Shown here one piece after another: positions 1 through 13,056 of a stretch of 64,000 nt of DNA (the first letter of the stretch is position 1; each line of letters begins with the position of its first letter). The translations under genes were made by a program, and so were the position numbers. Below the pieces are notes generated by a model, which did not search any database, was not told the DNA's origin, and was given only the letters and a program-made list of their open reading frames with translations. Source of the DNA: Felis catus (taxonomy: Eukaryota); contig NC_058368.1 in assembly GCF_018350175.1 (NCBI RefSeq), positions 211,174,001-211,238,000 of the forward strand. The letters run 5' to 3'.

Positions 1-270
1 CCCTCAGCCCAGCTACATGAAGTTCTATTTACAAAAGAGTAAAGGAATTGATGTTCTCAATACTGAGGAAAGCTGAGTCCAATCTACCTTAGATATCATT
101 TCTTTTACACCAAAAACTCAATCAATAGATCATTGTCCCTGGATAACTGTTGTATTTTTTTCCAAGTTAAGGTTGTCTGTAAACACGGTGAATGTGGTAA
201 CTACATTTTATTTTAGGTTTTCATTTCCAGTAAGAGCACATATCAGGCTTTCAATACATATTTGTAAAAT

Positions 271-306
271 GATGGATGGATGGATGGATGGATGGATGGA
301 TGGATG
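271..306. repeat. (GATG)n tetranucleotide microsatellite, probably an expanded L2 3' tail
   Basis: About 9 GATG units, preceded by tcaatacatatttgt, which resembles the L2 3' end. Confidence 0.9.
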
Positions 307-1244
307 CTACGTATGGAACTCACTTAGGGAGGCAAAGTTTGAACAGGTGGTGCAGAAGATTTGTAGTGCTATATAGTTTAACAAGTAAATATGGCATGGA
401 AGAACTTGAGAGATTTGAAACAATAGGTCTCCTTTGAATCTAGAGAACACTTATCATTTCCAAAGTCTAGTCCAACGGGCTGTGACTCAAAACAAAAGCT
501 TTAAAGGACCGTTTGCAGGAGAATAACATACTGTATTGATGTATCCAGGGACAGGACCCTCAGGCAGAATATTTCTCAGACTATTACATAGAACATGATA
601 TTGGCTCTTAATTAGGAGCTAGATCAGAGATGTAATGAGACCTCCCAGGAGAAAGAGGATAATCACAAGACTTGAGGAAGCTATGGTGAAAATCAGTAAA
701 TTAGTGCCATATAGGCATCTAATTCTTCCATATCTCATCCCACAGTCCACATGGCACTCCCAAGAATGAAGCATTAATAGCATTAACTCAATGAAGACAG
801 TTATGAATAAACCAAAGATTGGGCAACAGCTGCAAAATCCTGGTTTTCACCCAAGTTTCTACTTCTGCTCCAAAGAGCAGGCTATTTTATGGACCAGTGA
901 TAATTGCCCCACCTCTACCCTGAATCACTGTGGGTAAGTAACCCATCTTGGACACACCTGATTAGTAGAAAATATTTATTCTCCTTCCAAATATTTTCAG
1001 TCCAAGCACCATGTTTATATGAATTTCTCTAACTGGTCTACACCATCTTTACCTTTCCAAGCTAAATAAATTGAGTAAATAAATTCCAATTGCTAAAAGA
1101 GAAATTTTACCATACTCTAAGTTTTCTAGTCAACTCAGTGCTCTCTTGAGTTTAAAAAATCAGCCAACCAGGCAGATGCAATAGAAAGCCTTGCATCCTA
1201 AATCTTCTGGATCTAATGTTTGGAATTTGACTATCCAAAGACAT

Positions 1245-1470
1245 TATGGTAGAGATAACAAGAACTTTGAAGTTGGAGAGATCTGTGGGCACATTCTCTA
1301 TCTCCTACTTGGAAGTAGTGTGACCTCCATGAAGTTATTTCAACCCTCTGAGACTACACTGTAAAATGGAAAGAATAGTAGGATTTTTTTGTAGCAGGCC
1401 CATAGGGTTAGTTAGATTTAAATGGCATAACACATGTAAAATGGTAGGTGCTCATTAGAGGATAGCCATC
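1245..1470 (+). mobile_element. MIR SINE remnant
   Basis: Core-like tgtgacctccatgaagttatttcaaccctctgag...ctgtaaaatgg, ending ggtgctcattag. Confidence 0.6.
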
Positions 1471-1477
1471 CACCACT

Positions 1478-1720
1478 CATCCATTCAACAAATGTTTATT
1501 GAGTATCTACCATGTGCTAAGGGCTGTTCTTAGTGCTAGGAAAATAGCAATGAACAACACTGTCAATAGAACTTACATTCTCTATGTAGGAGATAAACTA
1601 AACAAATATATGTCAGATGGTGATAAGTACTAGAAGATAAATAAAAAGAAAGGAGGGATATTATGGAATGTCCATGGGAAAAGAAGCAATTGCAAATAGA
1701 GCAGTCATGGAAGGGTAGGC
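1478..1720 (-). mobile_element. L2 LINE 3' remnant
   Basis: cattcaacaaatgtttattgagtatctaccatgtgc is the reverse complement of the L2 3' terminus. Confidence 0.65.
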
Positions 1721-2027
1721 ACACCTTTAGTGTTTGCAGGGCTTGGGGGAAAAACACAGGTGAAGGAACACATTATTTGATCAATAATGAAATCAATTAT
1801 AGATTGTCATTCCACCTTGACCACATACCTTCGTTGCATCTTGCTCAAGATCTTGGTCAAATTTGGAGTGTTAAAACCCTCAGAGCTCTGCACTAGAATC
1901 TGAAGTATCCTGCCTCTAGCCAGTGTCCCTCCCCACTCCCACCTGTTCTCTTCTCACCTCAGCAAGATCCTCTACCATGAGGGCTCTCAAAAACATGTGT
2001 GTAGATGCTCCAGCCCACAAGTCCAAG

Positions 2028-2029
<2 letters not shown>

Positions 2030-2070
<41 letters not shown>
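2030..2070. repeat. (CA)n microsatellite
   Basis: About 20 CA units. Confidence 0.97.
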
Positions 2071-2071
<1 letters not shown>

Positions 2072-2389
2072 CATTAATAGCTGCTTCTTCTCAGCTCTCC
2101 TCTCAGGCCTTGGAACATGCCTACCAGCAGCATGGTCTTGGAAGTGTGGTTGGGCTACTGGGGCAGGGAACTCTGGGTACTCAGAATGTTATGTAGGAGT
2201 GGGGAGAGGGAGGGAGCTCTCCATGGGCACCTCACTTTAGCCCTGCATATTCCTTGCCCCTCTGGGAAGGGATGAATGAGAGCAGTGCCCTCTAAAGTGA
2301 GAGATCTGGGACAGTTGCCCTTCCTGCCTGGGGTAAAGGAAAGAGCTGGTGAAGAATCCACTGTCATGGTAATTTTGAGCAATGACCCA

Positions 2390-2950
2390 AAGGCATTGAG
2401 AGAGTAATCCGTGGAGGATATTTGGGGAAAGAGTATCGTGGACAGTAGAAGTGGCAAGTGCAAAGCCCTGAAGTAGGAACATGTGTGGTATGTTCCAGGA
2501 GCATTGAGGAGACCATAGAAGCTGGAGTGGCTCAAGTGAGGGGATTGGTGATTTCAGAGAGATGTCTAGAGGTCAGATCCTGAAGAGTCTTGTAGGTTCT
2601 TATGATGACTTGGACTCTGATTTAAGCAAGATGGGAAGCCATTGGCAATTTGAATAGGAAGTGGTAGGATCTAAGTTATGCTTTAAAAGAATCATACTGG
2701 CTGGTGCTGGAAACGACTGCAAGGGGCAAGGAGAGAGGCAGGGAGACCAGCCAGCCGGCTAATGCAAGTATCCAGGCAAATGGCGATAGGTTAAACCATG
2801 GTGTCCATGGGGGAAGTGAGAGGTTTCAGTTTTAAATCTCATTTAAAGGTAAAGTTAACTGGATTTGCCAGTGGGTTGCATGTCGAGTAGAAAGGGAGAA
2901 GAGTCAAGGATGATTCCAAGGCTTTTGAGTTTGAGCAACTGGAGATGAAG
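2390..2950 (-). mobile_element. L2 LINE remnant
   Basis: Typical antisense L2 motifs: gcaagtgcaaagccctgaagtaggaa, gatgggaagccattgg, gagtcaaggatgattccaagg. Confidence 0.6.
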
Positions 2951-3389
2951 CCAAAAGTTTTATTTGCTTTGCTTTTTCGTAACATAGGAGTGAACATAAT
3001 TATAAACTATATTACTGGTGGCAGCCAATACAAAGCCTCTGGATGATTTGAAGCACAACAAAAACCAAATGTAGTAATAAGAAGAGAGCTAAGCGTGTAT
3101 TGTCCTGCCTATATAAGCAATGTGTAAATCTGCGCAAGTGTATTTTTTTTGTACACTAGTATTCACAGGTGGACAGAAGTGTTTTCCAAATCACAAATCT
3201 CTTTGTTTGAACTTCATTCTGTGCCTTTAATTAAAAAGGCAGTACCTAAAATTATTGTGGTAGAGAGGCATGAACGCTTGGTCCTGCCATCAGTCCTGGG
3301 TGCGGCCCTTCCTAGCTTTGGAATCTCTAGCAAGACCTTTAATTCTTTGAAGATTCAGTTCCCACATCTTAAAAATGTGGATGACATTT

Positions 3390-3612
3390 GGGGCGCCTGG
3401 GTGGCTCAGTTGATTAAGCATCTGATTTTTAATTTCGGCTCAGGTGATGATCTCACCGTTTGTGAGTTCGAGCACCACAATGGGCTCTGTGCTGATGGTG
3501 CAGAGCCTGCTTGGGATTCTCTGTCTTCCTCTCTCTCTGCCCCACCCCTGCTCATTCTCTCTCACTCTTCTCACTCTCTCTCTCAAAATAAATAAATAAA
3601 CATTTTTTTTAA
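3390..3612 (+). mobile_element. CAN-SINE (SINEC) inserted in a MIR remnant
   Basis: ggggcgcctgggtggctcag tRNA-derived head, CT-rich tract, aataaa tail; degenerate TSD aaatgtgg(a/g)tgaca. Confidence 0.95.
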
Positions 3613-4187
3613 ATGTGGGTGACAATTGCCAATTTCGTCAATTCTGAAACAGCATCCAGATCCCAGGTGTCATTAAATACTAATGGCATCCATTTAAGCC
3701 AAAGTTTAAACAAATATTTGGTCTTCCCCTTTTATAGTTTATATTCTTGTTTATTGTTCTTCCAGCAAGGAATATGAATAGTTAATAATGGGAGGTTTTT
3801 TTAGCTGTGATTTATATGATCAAAGAAGTAAATCCAGTTAGCTCAATTGGTCATATTCTGAAATCAGTGAGGTACTCTTTTTGTGTGTGTTCACAAATTA
3901 GCTTCCCTCTGTTTCTTGACCACACACTTCACCTGGACTTCACAAATGAGTAGAATTAATTACAATGTGAATCAGACAAAAGAGTGTAAATCCATCACTC
4001 CTGTTGAGAAAACAGCTCAAAAAACAAGCATCCCTGCTGGTAGCAATATTTTCTTCATATTTGAACGATGCAACCTTGAATCACCTGTGATGATGACAAA
4101 GAATAAATAAATACATATGTGAATAAGTAAAATATAGGAAGGACAGCATGAGATTAACTAACTATAAAGTTTAAAATGTCTCAGGAA

Positions 4188-4309
4188 GGGGCTCCTGGGT
4201 GGCTTAGTCTATTAAGCATCTGACTCTTGATTTCAGTTCAGGTCATGATCTCATGATCGTGAGATCAAGCCCCATGTCGGGCTCCACAGTGAGCATGGAG
4301 CCTGCTTAG

Positions 4310-4350
<41 letters not shown>

Positions 4351-4462
4351 CCCTCCCTCCCTCCCTCTCCCTTGGCCCCTTCCCTGCTCGCATGTGTGCA
4401 TGTATGTGCTCTCTCTCAAAAAAAAGGTAATAATAATAATAGAGTAAATAAAAAATAAAAAG
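4188..4462 (+). mobile_element. CAN-SINE
   Basis: tRNA-derived head, (CT)n, A-rich tail; TSD taaaatgtctcaggaa at 4172-4187 and 4463-4478. Confidence 0.95.
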
Positions 4463-5046
4463 TAAAATGTCTCAGGAAGTATTTAGGGAGTAAATTGGTT
4501 GAGATAATATTTTCATAGCCTCCAAGAGTTTCTACACCTTAAATTGTTTGAGCTTCCAGGTTTAGCCCTCAGAATCTTTGCTCCCTCAAATCCAAACCAA
4601 GAAGTTGGACACTTTTACTTCAAAGAGGTCTTCCAGCTTAAGAAATCTGTAATTCTATGAATCTTCTTCCTGGAAACTGTTCCTTCCACTTGGCACAGTA
4701 AACATATTCACGTATATTTTATTTAATCCTAAACTTCAGAATCCAATTTGGTGAACTGTCATTACTTGAAGGTGTCAGCAAATCCTCTGGCATCCGAGAA
4801 AATTATTATCAAAACCAATTAAGGGACTTGTCAACCCCGTGTGATTGATTTTGAAATCTGTCAGCAGGGCTGTCTCTGGAGGCAAGGAACCTCATCCACA
4901 GGCTTTGCTGTGGGTAAATCAAGCTGGGATGACACCTGGGATTTGGATACTGCTTCAGACTTAACCAAATGGGTGGTCATCATCTGCAGGTCCAGGGGAC
5001 TACACAAGGACAAGGCAGCTGGCTTCCTGGAAACTTGCAGAAATAA

Positions 5047-5048
<2 letters not shown>

Positions 5049-5088
<40 letters not shown>
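5049..5088. repeat. (TG)n microsatellite
   Basis: About 19 TG units. Confidence 0.97.
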
Positions 5089-5091
<3 letters not shown>

Positions 5092-5639
5092 GGGGTAGAA
5101 GGCTGGGGGGCAGCTGGCAGTGACATGAGGGAACAATGGGAAGGGGAAAGACAATCACAAAAACAGCACCCCACCCTGAGCAAGTGAAAGAATTTCTTAG
5201 AATGCAACACTGGCCATGGCTGTGAATAATTGGCTTGCAAAGCACTTCCTTCATTTGTTTCTTATATAAAAATGATCATTTTAGTGCTGATGATGAAAGC
5301 CCAGAAGGAAATTATGGCTTACTGGTTAGTTTTGCGAATGGCTTTGGTGTAGAATAAAGCTTCATACATGGGGTTCTAAATCTCTGGCCCACAGACCTGA
5401 ACAAGCAGATTTGAGACTGGTTGTTATGTAACTTTTGAAAGAGGAATTCTCTGATGAGTTGGCCTCAGGAGCAAAATGAAGGGCAAAACTAGGGGACAAT
5501 CCAAAGCCTTTGCCTAAGTCTAAATCACAGTTCTCTCGGCAAATTACCAAGAGGCCAAGAACTACAAACACTAACGCATATGGCTTTTGTTGGAGAGATT
5601 GCCAGCATTTATCTTTCTTATTAAAATATGATAATGACA

Positions 5640-6075
5640 ACCACCCTTTATTAAGTGCTCATAAAATACCAGGCATTTTATACACACGACTACCCATCCT
5701 CAAAATAATCCTTCATAATGGCTATTATTCTCCCCATTTTAAAGATAAAGAAACGGAGATATCGAACAGTTATTAGCTAGTGGCACCTGGGTGGCTCGGT
5801 TGGTTGAGCATCCAACTTTGGCTCAGGTCGTGATCTTGTGGTTCATAGGTTCAATCCCAGCATTGGGCTCTGTGCTGACAGCTCAGAGTCTGGAGCCTGC
5901 TCCAGACTCTCTCTGCCTGTCTCTCTCTTTCTCATTCTCTCTCTCAAAATAAATAAACATTAAAGAAAAAATTTTTTAGAGAAAAGTTATTAGCTCAAAG
6001 CCAAACAGCAAGTTAACAGAGGTGCTGTAATTTAATTCTGGGCCTTGCCAGTAGCAAGTTCTATGCCCTTTTCAA
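5640..6075 (-). mobile_element. MIR remnant split by a CAN-SINE
   Basis: attattctccccattttaaagataaagaaacggag (antisense MIR core); resumes after the SINE. Confidence 0.6.
5780..5980 (+). mobile_element. CAN-SINE
   Basis: ggcacctgggtggctcgg head, tail aaaataaataaacatt; TSD agttattagct. Confidence 0.95.
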
Positions 6076-6705
6076 TACCCTAGCTTGCCTCTGTCCAACT
6101 GTCTCATACTTGGCAAATGTCCCCATCACCCTAGTGTGTGGGTCCTTATACATGTCTGTCCATTCTGTCCGTCTCAGTGTTGTGAGTGAGATATGAGTGA
6201 CAGGACATCATTATATGCTTCATTGTCTTCAGTGTATAGCTGCTTCCTTGTTCTGGATCGGTTTTCTCCTTTGTTGGAATATTTATTTTGCCTTCTCTGC
6301 AAACTAAAAATATAAATTTTATGTTTTTTCTGGGATACATCTCTCCCCACACATTATGAATAGTGAAAATTGGCTTCAAATGTTTAATTAAGCTGTGAAA
6401 TAGACCTTACTCAGACAATACTTGCATTAGTGTGGATTCATGGTGTCTGCCCCTGGAGCTGGAGAACCTTCAGATTAAGCTAATCAGTACTATTGTTGTG
6501 TGCAGTTTTGACAATTTTATTCCATGCTTTTCCATTCCTGGCATCTGTGCTTGTAAATATAATGTGATGTGAACTCCTAAGTTGTTCTAGTTTTGTTAAA
6601 ATTTTCTGTGCTAATAATTTGAAGGGGAGGAGCAACATTCACTGAGAAGTGTCCCAGCCTACATGGCAATATCAGAAGCTTGCATCTAACATAGTGTAAT
6701 GGCTC

Positions 6706-6903
6706 GGGGGGCTTGGGTGGCTCAGTTGGTTAAGCGTCCGACTTCAGCTCAGATCATGATCTCACAGTTCGTGATTTCGTGCCAACAGCTCAGAGCCTGG
6801 AGCCTGCTTTGGATTCTGTGTCTCCCTCTCTCTCTGCCCCTCCCATGCTCATATTTTGTCTCTCTCTCTCTCTCTCTTAGAAATAAATAAACATTAAAAA
6901 AAT
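6706..6903 (+). mobile_element. CAN-SINE with short internal deletion
   Basis: ggggggcttgggtggctcagttggttaagcgtccgac head, (CT)n, aataaataaacattaaaaa tail. Confidence 0.93.
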
Positions 6904-7304
6904 TAACATACTAATAGCTTAGGTGCTAACTAGTTCTGAAGTATCAGTCATTCCAAAATTTGAGTTTCCCAGTTTTCTCCATAGCATTTTATCATGTGTA
7001 AATATTTTCCAATATACCATTTGTTTTCTTGAGGTACAGAAAGATACAGTTATTTGCAGAATAAATATCGCCTGGATGAAACAATAAAAATTACTGTGCA
7101 CCAGTAAATTAAGTTTATTAAGCCTTGCATAAATGAATGAGGTGCCAGGAATGTGGTTTATAGTTAAGGAGAATAGATCACACATATTAAGGCTGTATAA
7201 CTTCCTCATTATGGTGGTATCATACAGGGCCCTACTACCAGAAACTGAAAATGTTATCTTTTATTTTGTCACTTACATTTCTTGGCTTTCAAAAAAACAC
7301 CTTT

Positions 7305-8265
7305 GTATTAAAATGGGCTAAATTATGGTGTGGCAACAAACAAATTCCATCAGTATGTTGCAGTTACCAATTGCTCTATGACAAACTGTCCTAACTTAGT
7401 GCTGTAAAATAACAATATATTGCTGTGCTCGCAAATTCTATGGGTCAGGAAATCTGACACGACATAGTGGTGATGTCTTGTCTTTGCTGCATAATAGGTG
7501 GGGTGTTAGTTGCGGAGCACTCAAATAGCTGGGGGGCCGAAATCATCTGGAAGTTTCTTCGCTCACATGTTTGGTGCCTGGCTAGGATAACTCAGACTAG
7601 CTGGGACTCTTCACAAGAGCACCTATGCGTGAACTCTCTGTGGGGCTTGGGCTCTGTGATGGCTGGATTCTGAGAGGGAACATGCAGACAGCAAGTGTTC
7701 CAAGAGAGTTAGTACTGCAGAAGCAACTTTCTGGCCTTTTGGGGGCCAGTCTCAGTAGTCATGAAGTGTCACTTCCCTCACTCAGATGAAAGAGGAGGAG
7801 AAATAGAGTCTACTTTCTGATGGGAGAAGGGCAAATTCACACTGAAGACGAGCATGTTGGATGGGTGACGCTGTGGGCCCTCTTGATCATCTTTGGAATC
7901 TGCCATCTGCCATGAGTTGGCTTACAACAACCAGGACCTATGTCTTGTTCAAAGTCTGCTGTGGCTCCAGACAGTTCTCCAGAGTGGATTGTTGGCTTAG
8001 CAATCCTGGCTGCTGCTTCCATCCCACAGCTCCTCCATATCACTCATGATTCCACAACCATTGCCGCAGGGGAAGAGAGGCATGGACGATCACACACCAG
8101 CTTTCAGATACACCACCTGGAAGAGACATCTTAAGTCACTTCTACTCACATTTCATGGCTCACACAACCATGCCTGCATTCATTGGAGCAAGCACATGTG
8201 GCCTTCTTGTGTGCCCACAAAGAAAATAGAGCTAGAAATGCTGGCAAATGGCAATGGTGTATCAC
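7305..8265 (-). mobile_element. Old MLT1-type (ERVL-MaLR) LTR, interrupted by a second MLT1
   Basis: ggctaaattatggtgtggcaacaaacaa..., resuming ggcttacaacaa... at about 7919 with MLT1-like cacttctactcacatttcatggc. Confidence 0.45.
7356..7911 (-). mobile_element. MLT1 (ERVL-MaLR) solo LTR, MLT1F/G/H-like
   Basis: ttgctctatgacaaac...cttagtgctgtaaaataac...ggtcaggaa...aatcatctggaag...gctcacatgt, ending ctttggaatctgcca. Confidence 0.65.
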
Positions 8266-9412
8266 AGCTTTAGAGATACTGCCTGAATGGTGAAATCCTG
8301 TAATTCTCATCAGTGCTGGTTTCTGTACTTTATCAAATTAGCTCATTCATTCCTTTATCCATCTAACAAATATGTATCCGATGCCTACTACATGTGACAC
8401 ATCAGTAGTTAGTTCCTGGAAAGAATTCAGCTGCTTTCAAAAAGCATATAATTTTACTCCAGAAAACCAATTGAAATTTCAGTTGCTTTGTCATTGACTC
8501 CTTTGGCAGGGGGTCTCTCTCAGATCTACACTTTCCTGTCCACTCCAAGGAATATGAAATAAGAATGTTTTCTCTCCTTGCCTCCCAGGATATTGATTTT
8601 ATTATTTTCATACGCTATTGTAGTCAAAACCCTTTTTATTTCAGTATTAATCACCTATCTTCCCTTTTACAGGCCTTAATGTCACAGCAGACCATTGGGG
8701 ATGCAGCTCTAATTCTAGAAAACGCAGATGTGGCTATTTAATTAGACACTGCCATGGCAATAAACTGTGTGATAAATTAAATGGCTTTAATCCAGTTTAG
8801 AGTAATCATGCATTCATTAGTCTGACAGCCTGATTCCATTTGTTGTTGTTTTAAAACAAAATTAGGATAGCAAGGCTACAAACTGTGGATAAGTCTGGAC
8901 AGAAGTCTCCCATTTTTAAAAAACAGAGCTTATAACTACATTTCAACAATGAAAGGAACGAAAACCAGCAGGAGCTCTGTTTGGGCCAGTTCGTGTCTCA
9001 GTCTTCAATTAGAAAATTGTGTTTCTAATGGGAAACCATAGGACAATCCTCACTCCCTGGTGAGAAAGAATGAAGAGGAAGAAATGAGCTCTGTGATAGA
9101 CTGAAGTAATGATACTGTGTTTTTGTCTGGGTAGCTGTCTTCCTAAGTGACTTTGGGTGTGTAGAAAATCACTCTTAGCCTTGGTTTATCCATGCACCAA
9201 ATCATACTATGGAATCTCCCACTGGAATATTCTAAATTATTAAGAACTTAGCACAAGTTCTTATTTAAAAGCAAATTATAGGAAGTATAAACAATGGAAA
9301 TCATTGGAGGTACACACTAAAGATAACTTCAAGATGTGTTTAAGTAAATATATAGCTGGTAAAATTAAAATTCAGGTCTGTTAAAGCTCTTCTTGACTTT
9401 CAAAGTGTACCT

Positions 9413-9606
9413 CTTAAAAACTGAGAATAAACAGAGGGTTGATGAAGGGTGGGAGGGAGGGGAAAGTGGGTGATGGGCATGGAGGAAGGCACCTGTTGGG
9501 ATGAGGACTGGGTGTTGTATGGAAACCAATTTGACAATAAATTTCATATTAAAAAAAAAAGAGAAAAATGGTGGAAATGGAAAAACATTACATTAAAAAA
9601 ACAAAA
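9413..9606 (+). mobile_element. 5'-truncated young L1 3' end with short 3' transduction
   Basis: Similar to the 3' UTR at 12789-12930; TSD caaagtgtacct at 9401-9412 and 9607-9618. Confidence 0.9.
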
Positions 9607-10469
9607 CAAAGTGTACCTATACTGACAAGAACCTTGTGAGAAATTGTATAAGAAACTTAGTGGTCTGCTGAGTTTATCCCAGTATCCTATGTGTATGCAG
9701 GCCAAAACTGGATATTTATAGGATTGTTGTCATAGCTTTTAATTTGCTACAGCTAGTTATACGGCTTCCTTAGGTCTTCTAAACTAGGTCAACCAGTCAG
9801 CCCTCAGGTCTTGCATACCATATTTTGCTGAGCCAAAAGGAACAAAGGGAGATATTATCAAAAACCACAAGCAAAACTGTCAATAGATACTCTGATGATA
9901 ACTTTAACTTTTAATGAAACTTCAGGTCTTTTAAGGTCACTAAGATGTAAACTAAGCTGGACAATGATTATACTAAAAGGGAAGTGACTAAGCAGCACAA
10001 CATTTTGAATTCCAAGAATTTTTGTTACATCGTGGTAGGTAAATATCACCAGCTTCACTTATTTGGTGCTTTGGAGTCTAAAACACTGTTTGGAGACTAA
10101 AGGGCTCCAAAATTGTACTTTTCAAGTTCACCTTCTGTCATTCTAAAACTTTTGAAGTCTTACCAGTCCTTAAAAACTAAAGAAACTCTGTATGTATGCT
10201 TATTTTTTAAGGATATGTCCTGAATCTTTAAAATTCTACATGTGTATGTACTTTTTAAATCCCCAAACATACATGCTGCCTATAATTTATTTCTTTTCCA
10301 TGCTTAAGTACAAGTAATGATATTTTTAAATTTGAAACTAGGAATTAATTCCATTATTTGGCAATATTAAATTCCTTTAAAATGTTAATTTAAAGAATTT
10401 TCTTTTTAAAAATCAAGGTTTGAACTAAATAGCTTCTAAAATCTCTCCCTTCTGCTAGAGAAGGAAAGG

Positions 10470-10690
10470 AACTAGTATTTGGGGGGCATGTACTATGTGC
10501 CCTATGCTTACATGCAGTATCTTATTTATTCCCCACAGCAACCCCATCAGGTAAATGTTACTATTCTTCTCTTACACATGAAAAACCCAACTTCCTAAAA
10601 TTAAAGTTTGTCCAAACTGACATGAGCGATCAGCAGTAAAGGTGAACTTCCACTCCAAGTCTGTCCAGCATCCAAGCCCATGCACTGTCT
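10470..10690 (-). mobile_element. MIR remnant
   Basis: tactatgtgcc...cttatttattccccacagcaaccccatcaggtaaatgttactatt (antisense MIR). Confidence 0.6.
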
Positions 10691-11157
10691 CCCGTCCTCA
10701 CCCCTTCACAGTTCACATGGTATTTAGCAGTAGAAAATCACTATCGACCCCACTTAACATTAAGCATTTCTTTTTTTCTTTTTTCATCAAGAGAGGCTAG
10801 ACCCAAGCCCTCTACTCCCTTCACTGACATCATAAAGTTTCACTAATTCCTAACAAACATACAAACATACCAACAACAAAAACCCATGCCCTGGAAATTC
10901 AGGCCAAATTGAATGGCTAGAATGTTATTAGTTTGTATAGGATAGTTGAACACATCCAAACATTGATAACACAAAGTGAAGTTGAAATTAAAGCGATTTT
11001 CTAAATAATTAAGGTCAAAATAACTGCTATTAAGGAAAAGACAATTTCACATATTTAAGACAGTGAGTTATAAAATTTTCCAACTAAAGTAGTGCTATAT
11101 ACTTAGAGAATTTAGTCAAAACACCTTTCCAAGTTTATTCCTTTAAAAATTAGTGGA

Positions 11158-12942
11158 AATAATTGCACCAAGAAGCATAAAATACCTAGGAATAAATCTA
11201 ACCAAAGATGTAAAAGATCTGTATGCTGAAAACTATAGAAAGCTTATGAAGGAAATTGAAGAAGACATAAAGAAATGGAAAAACATTCTGTGCTCATGGA
11301 TCGGAAGAATAAATATTGTCAAAATGTCAATACTACCCAAAGCTATCTACACATTCAATGCAATCCCAATCAAAATTGCACCAGCATTCTTCTCGAAACT
11401 AGAACAAGCAATCCTAAAATTCATATGGAACCACAAAAGGCCCTGAATAGCCAAAGTAATTTTGAAGAAGAAGACCAAAGCAGGAGGCATCACAATCCCA
11501 GACTTTAGCCTCTACTACAAAGATTTAATCATCAAGACAGCATGGTATTGGCACAAAAACAGACACATACACCAATGGAATAGAATAGAAACCCCAGAAC
11601 TAAACCCACAAACGTATGGCCAACTAATCTTTGACAAAGCAGGAAAGAATATCCAATGGAAAAAAGACAGTCTCTTTAACAAATGGTGCTGGGAGAACTG
11701 GACAGCAACATGCAGAAGATTGAAACTAGACCACTTTCTCACACCATTCACAAAAATAAACTCAAAATGGATAAAGGACCTGAATGTGAGATAGGAAACC
11801 ATCAAAACCCTAGAGGAGAAAGCAGGAAAAGACCTCTCTGACCTCAGCCGTAGCAATTTCTTACTTGACACATCCCCAAAGGCAAGGGAATTAAAAGCAA
11901 AAATCAACTACTGGGACCTTATAAAGATAAAAAGCTTCTGCACAGCAAAGGAAACAACCAACAAAACTAAAAGGCAACCAATGGAATGGGAAAAGATATT
12001 TGCAAATGACATATTGGACAAAGGGCTAGTATCCAAAATCTATAAAGAGCTCACCAAACTCCACACCCGAAAAACAAATAATCCAGTGAAGAAATGGGCA
12101 GAAAACATGAATAGACACTTCTCTAAAGAAGACATCCAGATGGCCAACAGGCACATGAAAAGATGCTCAACATCGCTCCTCATCAGGGAAATACAAATCA
12201 AAACCACACTCAGATATCACCTCACGCCAGTCAGTGGCCAAAATGAACAAATCAGGAGACTATAGATGATGGAGAGGATGTGGAGAAACAGGAACCCTCT
12301 TGCACTGTTGATGGGAATGCAAATTGGTGCAGCCACTCTGGAAAACAGTGTGGAGGTTCCTCAGAAAATTAAAAATAGACCTACCCTATGACCCAGCAGT
12401 AGCACTGCTAGGAATTTACCCAAGGAATACAGGGGTACTGATGCATAGGGGCACTTGTACCCCAATGTTTATAGCAGCACTCTCAACAATAGCCAAATTA
12501 TGGAAAGAGCCGAAATGTCCATCAATTGGTGAATGGATAAAGAAATTGTGGTTTATATACACAATGGAGTACTACGTGGCAATGAGAAAGAATGAAATAT
12601 GGCCCTTTGTAGCAACATGGATAGAACTGGAGAGTGTTATGCTAAGTGAAATAAGCCATACAGAGAAAGACAGATACCATATGGTTTCACTCTTATGTGG
12701 ATCCTGAGAAAACTAACAGAAACCCATGGGGGAGGGGAAGGAAAAAAAAAAAGAGGTTAGAGTGGAAGAGAGCCAAAGCATAAGAGACTCTTGAAAACTG
12801 AGAACAAACTGAGGGTTGATGGGGGTTGGGAGGGAGGGGAGGGTGGGTGATGGGTATTGAGGAGGGCACCTTTTGGGATGAGCACTGGGTGTTGTATGAA
12901 AACCAATTTGACAATAACCTTCATATATTGAAAAAAAATAAA
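11158..12942 (+). mobile_element. Young feline-type L1, 5'-truncated (about 1.8 kb): disrupted ORF2 C-terminus plus 3' UTR
   Basis: ORF2 peptides [44 protein letters not shown] broken by stops and frameshift; G-rich 3' UTR; A tail; TSD taaaaat(t/g)agtgga at 11144-11157 and 12943-12956. Confidence 0.97.
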
Positions 12943-13056
12943 TAAAAATGAGTGGAGAAACAAAATCTAGGATTGATTCTCTTGTTTACTGATCTGTGTT
13001 GTAAACATAAAATATATTTGATGTATTTTTCTCATAAAGTTTTATGTTTTAGTATC

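Noticed and set aside
876..939. Possible + strand exon ending tgg|gtaagt
   Set aside because: Ambiguous acceptor, no recognisable peptide, within chance expectation
3149..3595. 148-aa ORF
   Set aside because: Non-ATG start; runs through MIR and CAN-SINE sequence; no recognisable protein
1923..5254. His/Thr- and Cys/Val-repeat ORFs (also near 17399, 31853, 51198, 53730)
   Set aside because: Translations of (CA)n, (TG)n, (CT)n and (TA)n microsatellites
11153..12707. Run of + strand ORFs resembling a reverse-transcriptase-associated gene
   Set aside because: L1 ORF2 C-terminal fragments with stops and a frameshift in a 5'-truncated copy; not a functional CDS or novel system
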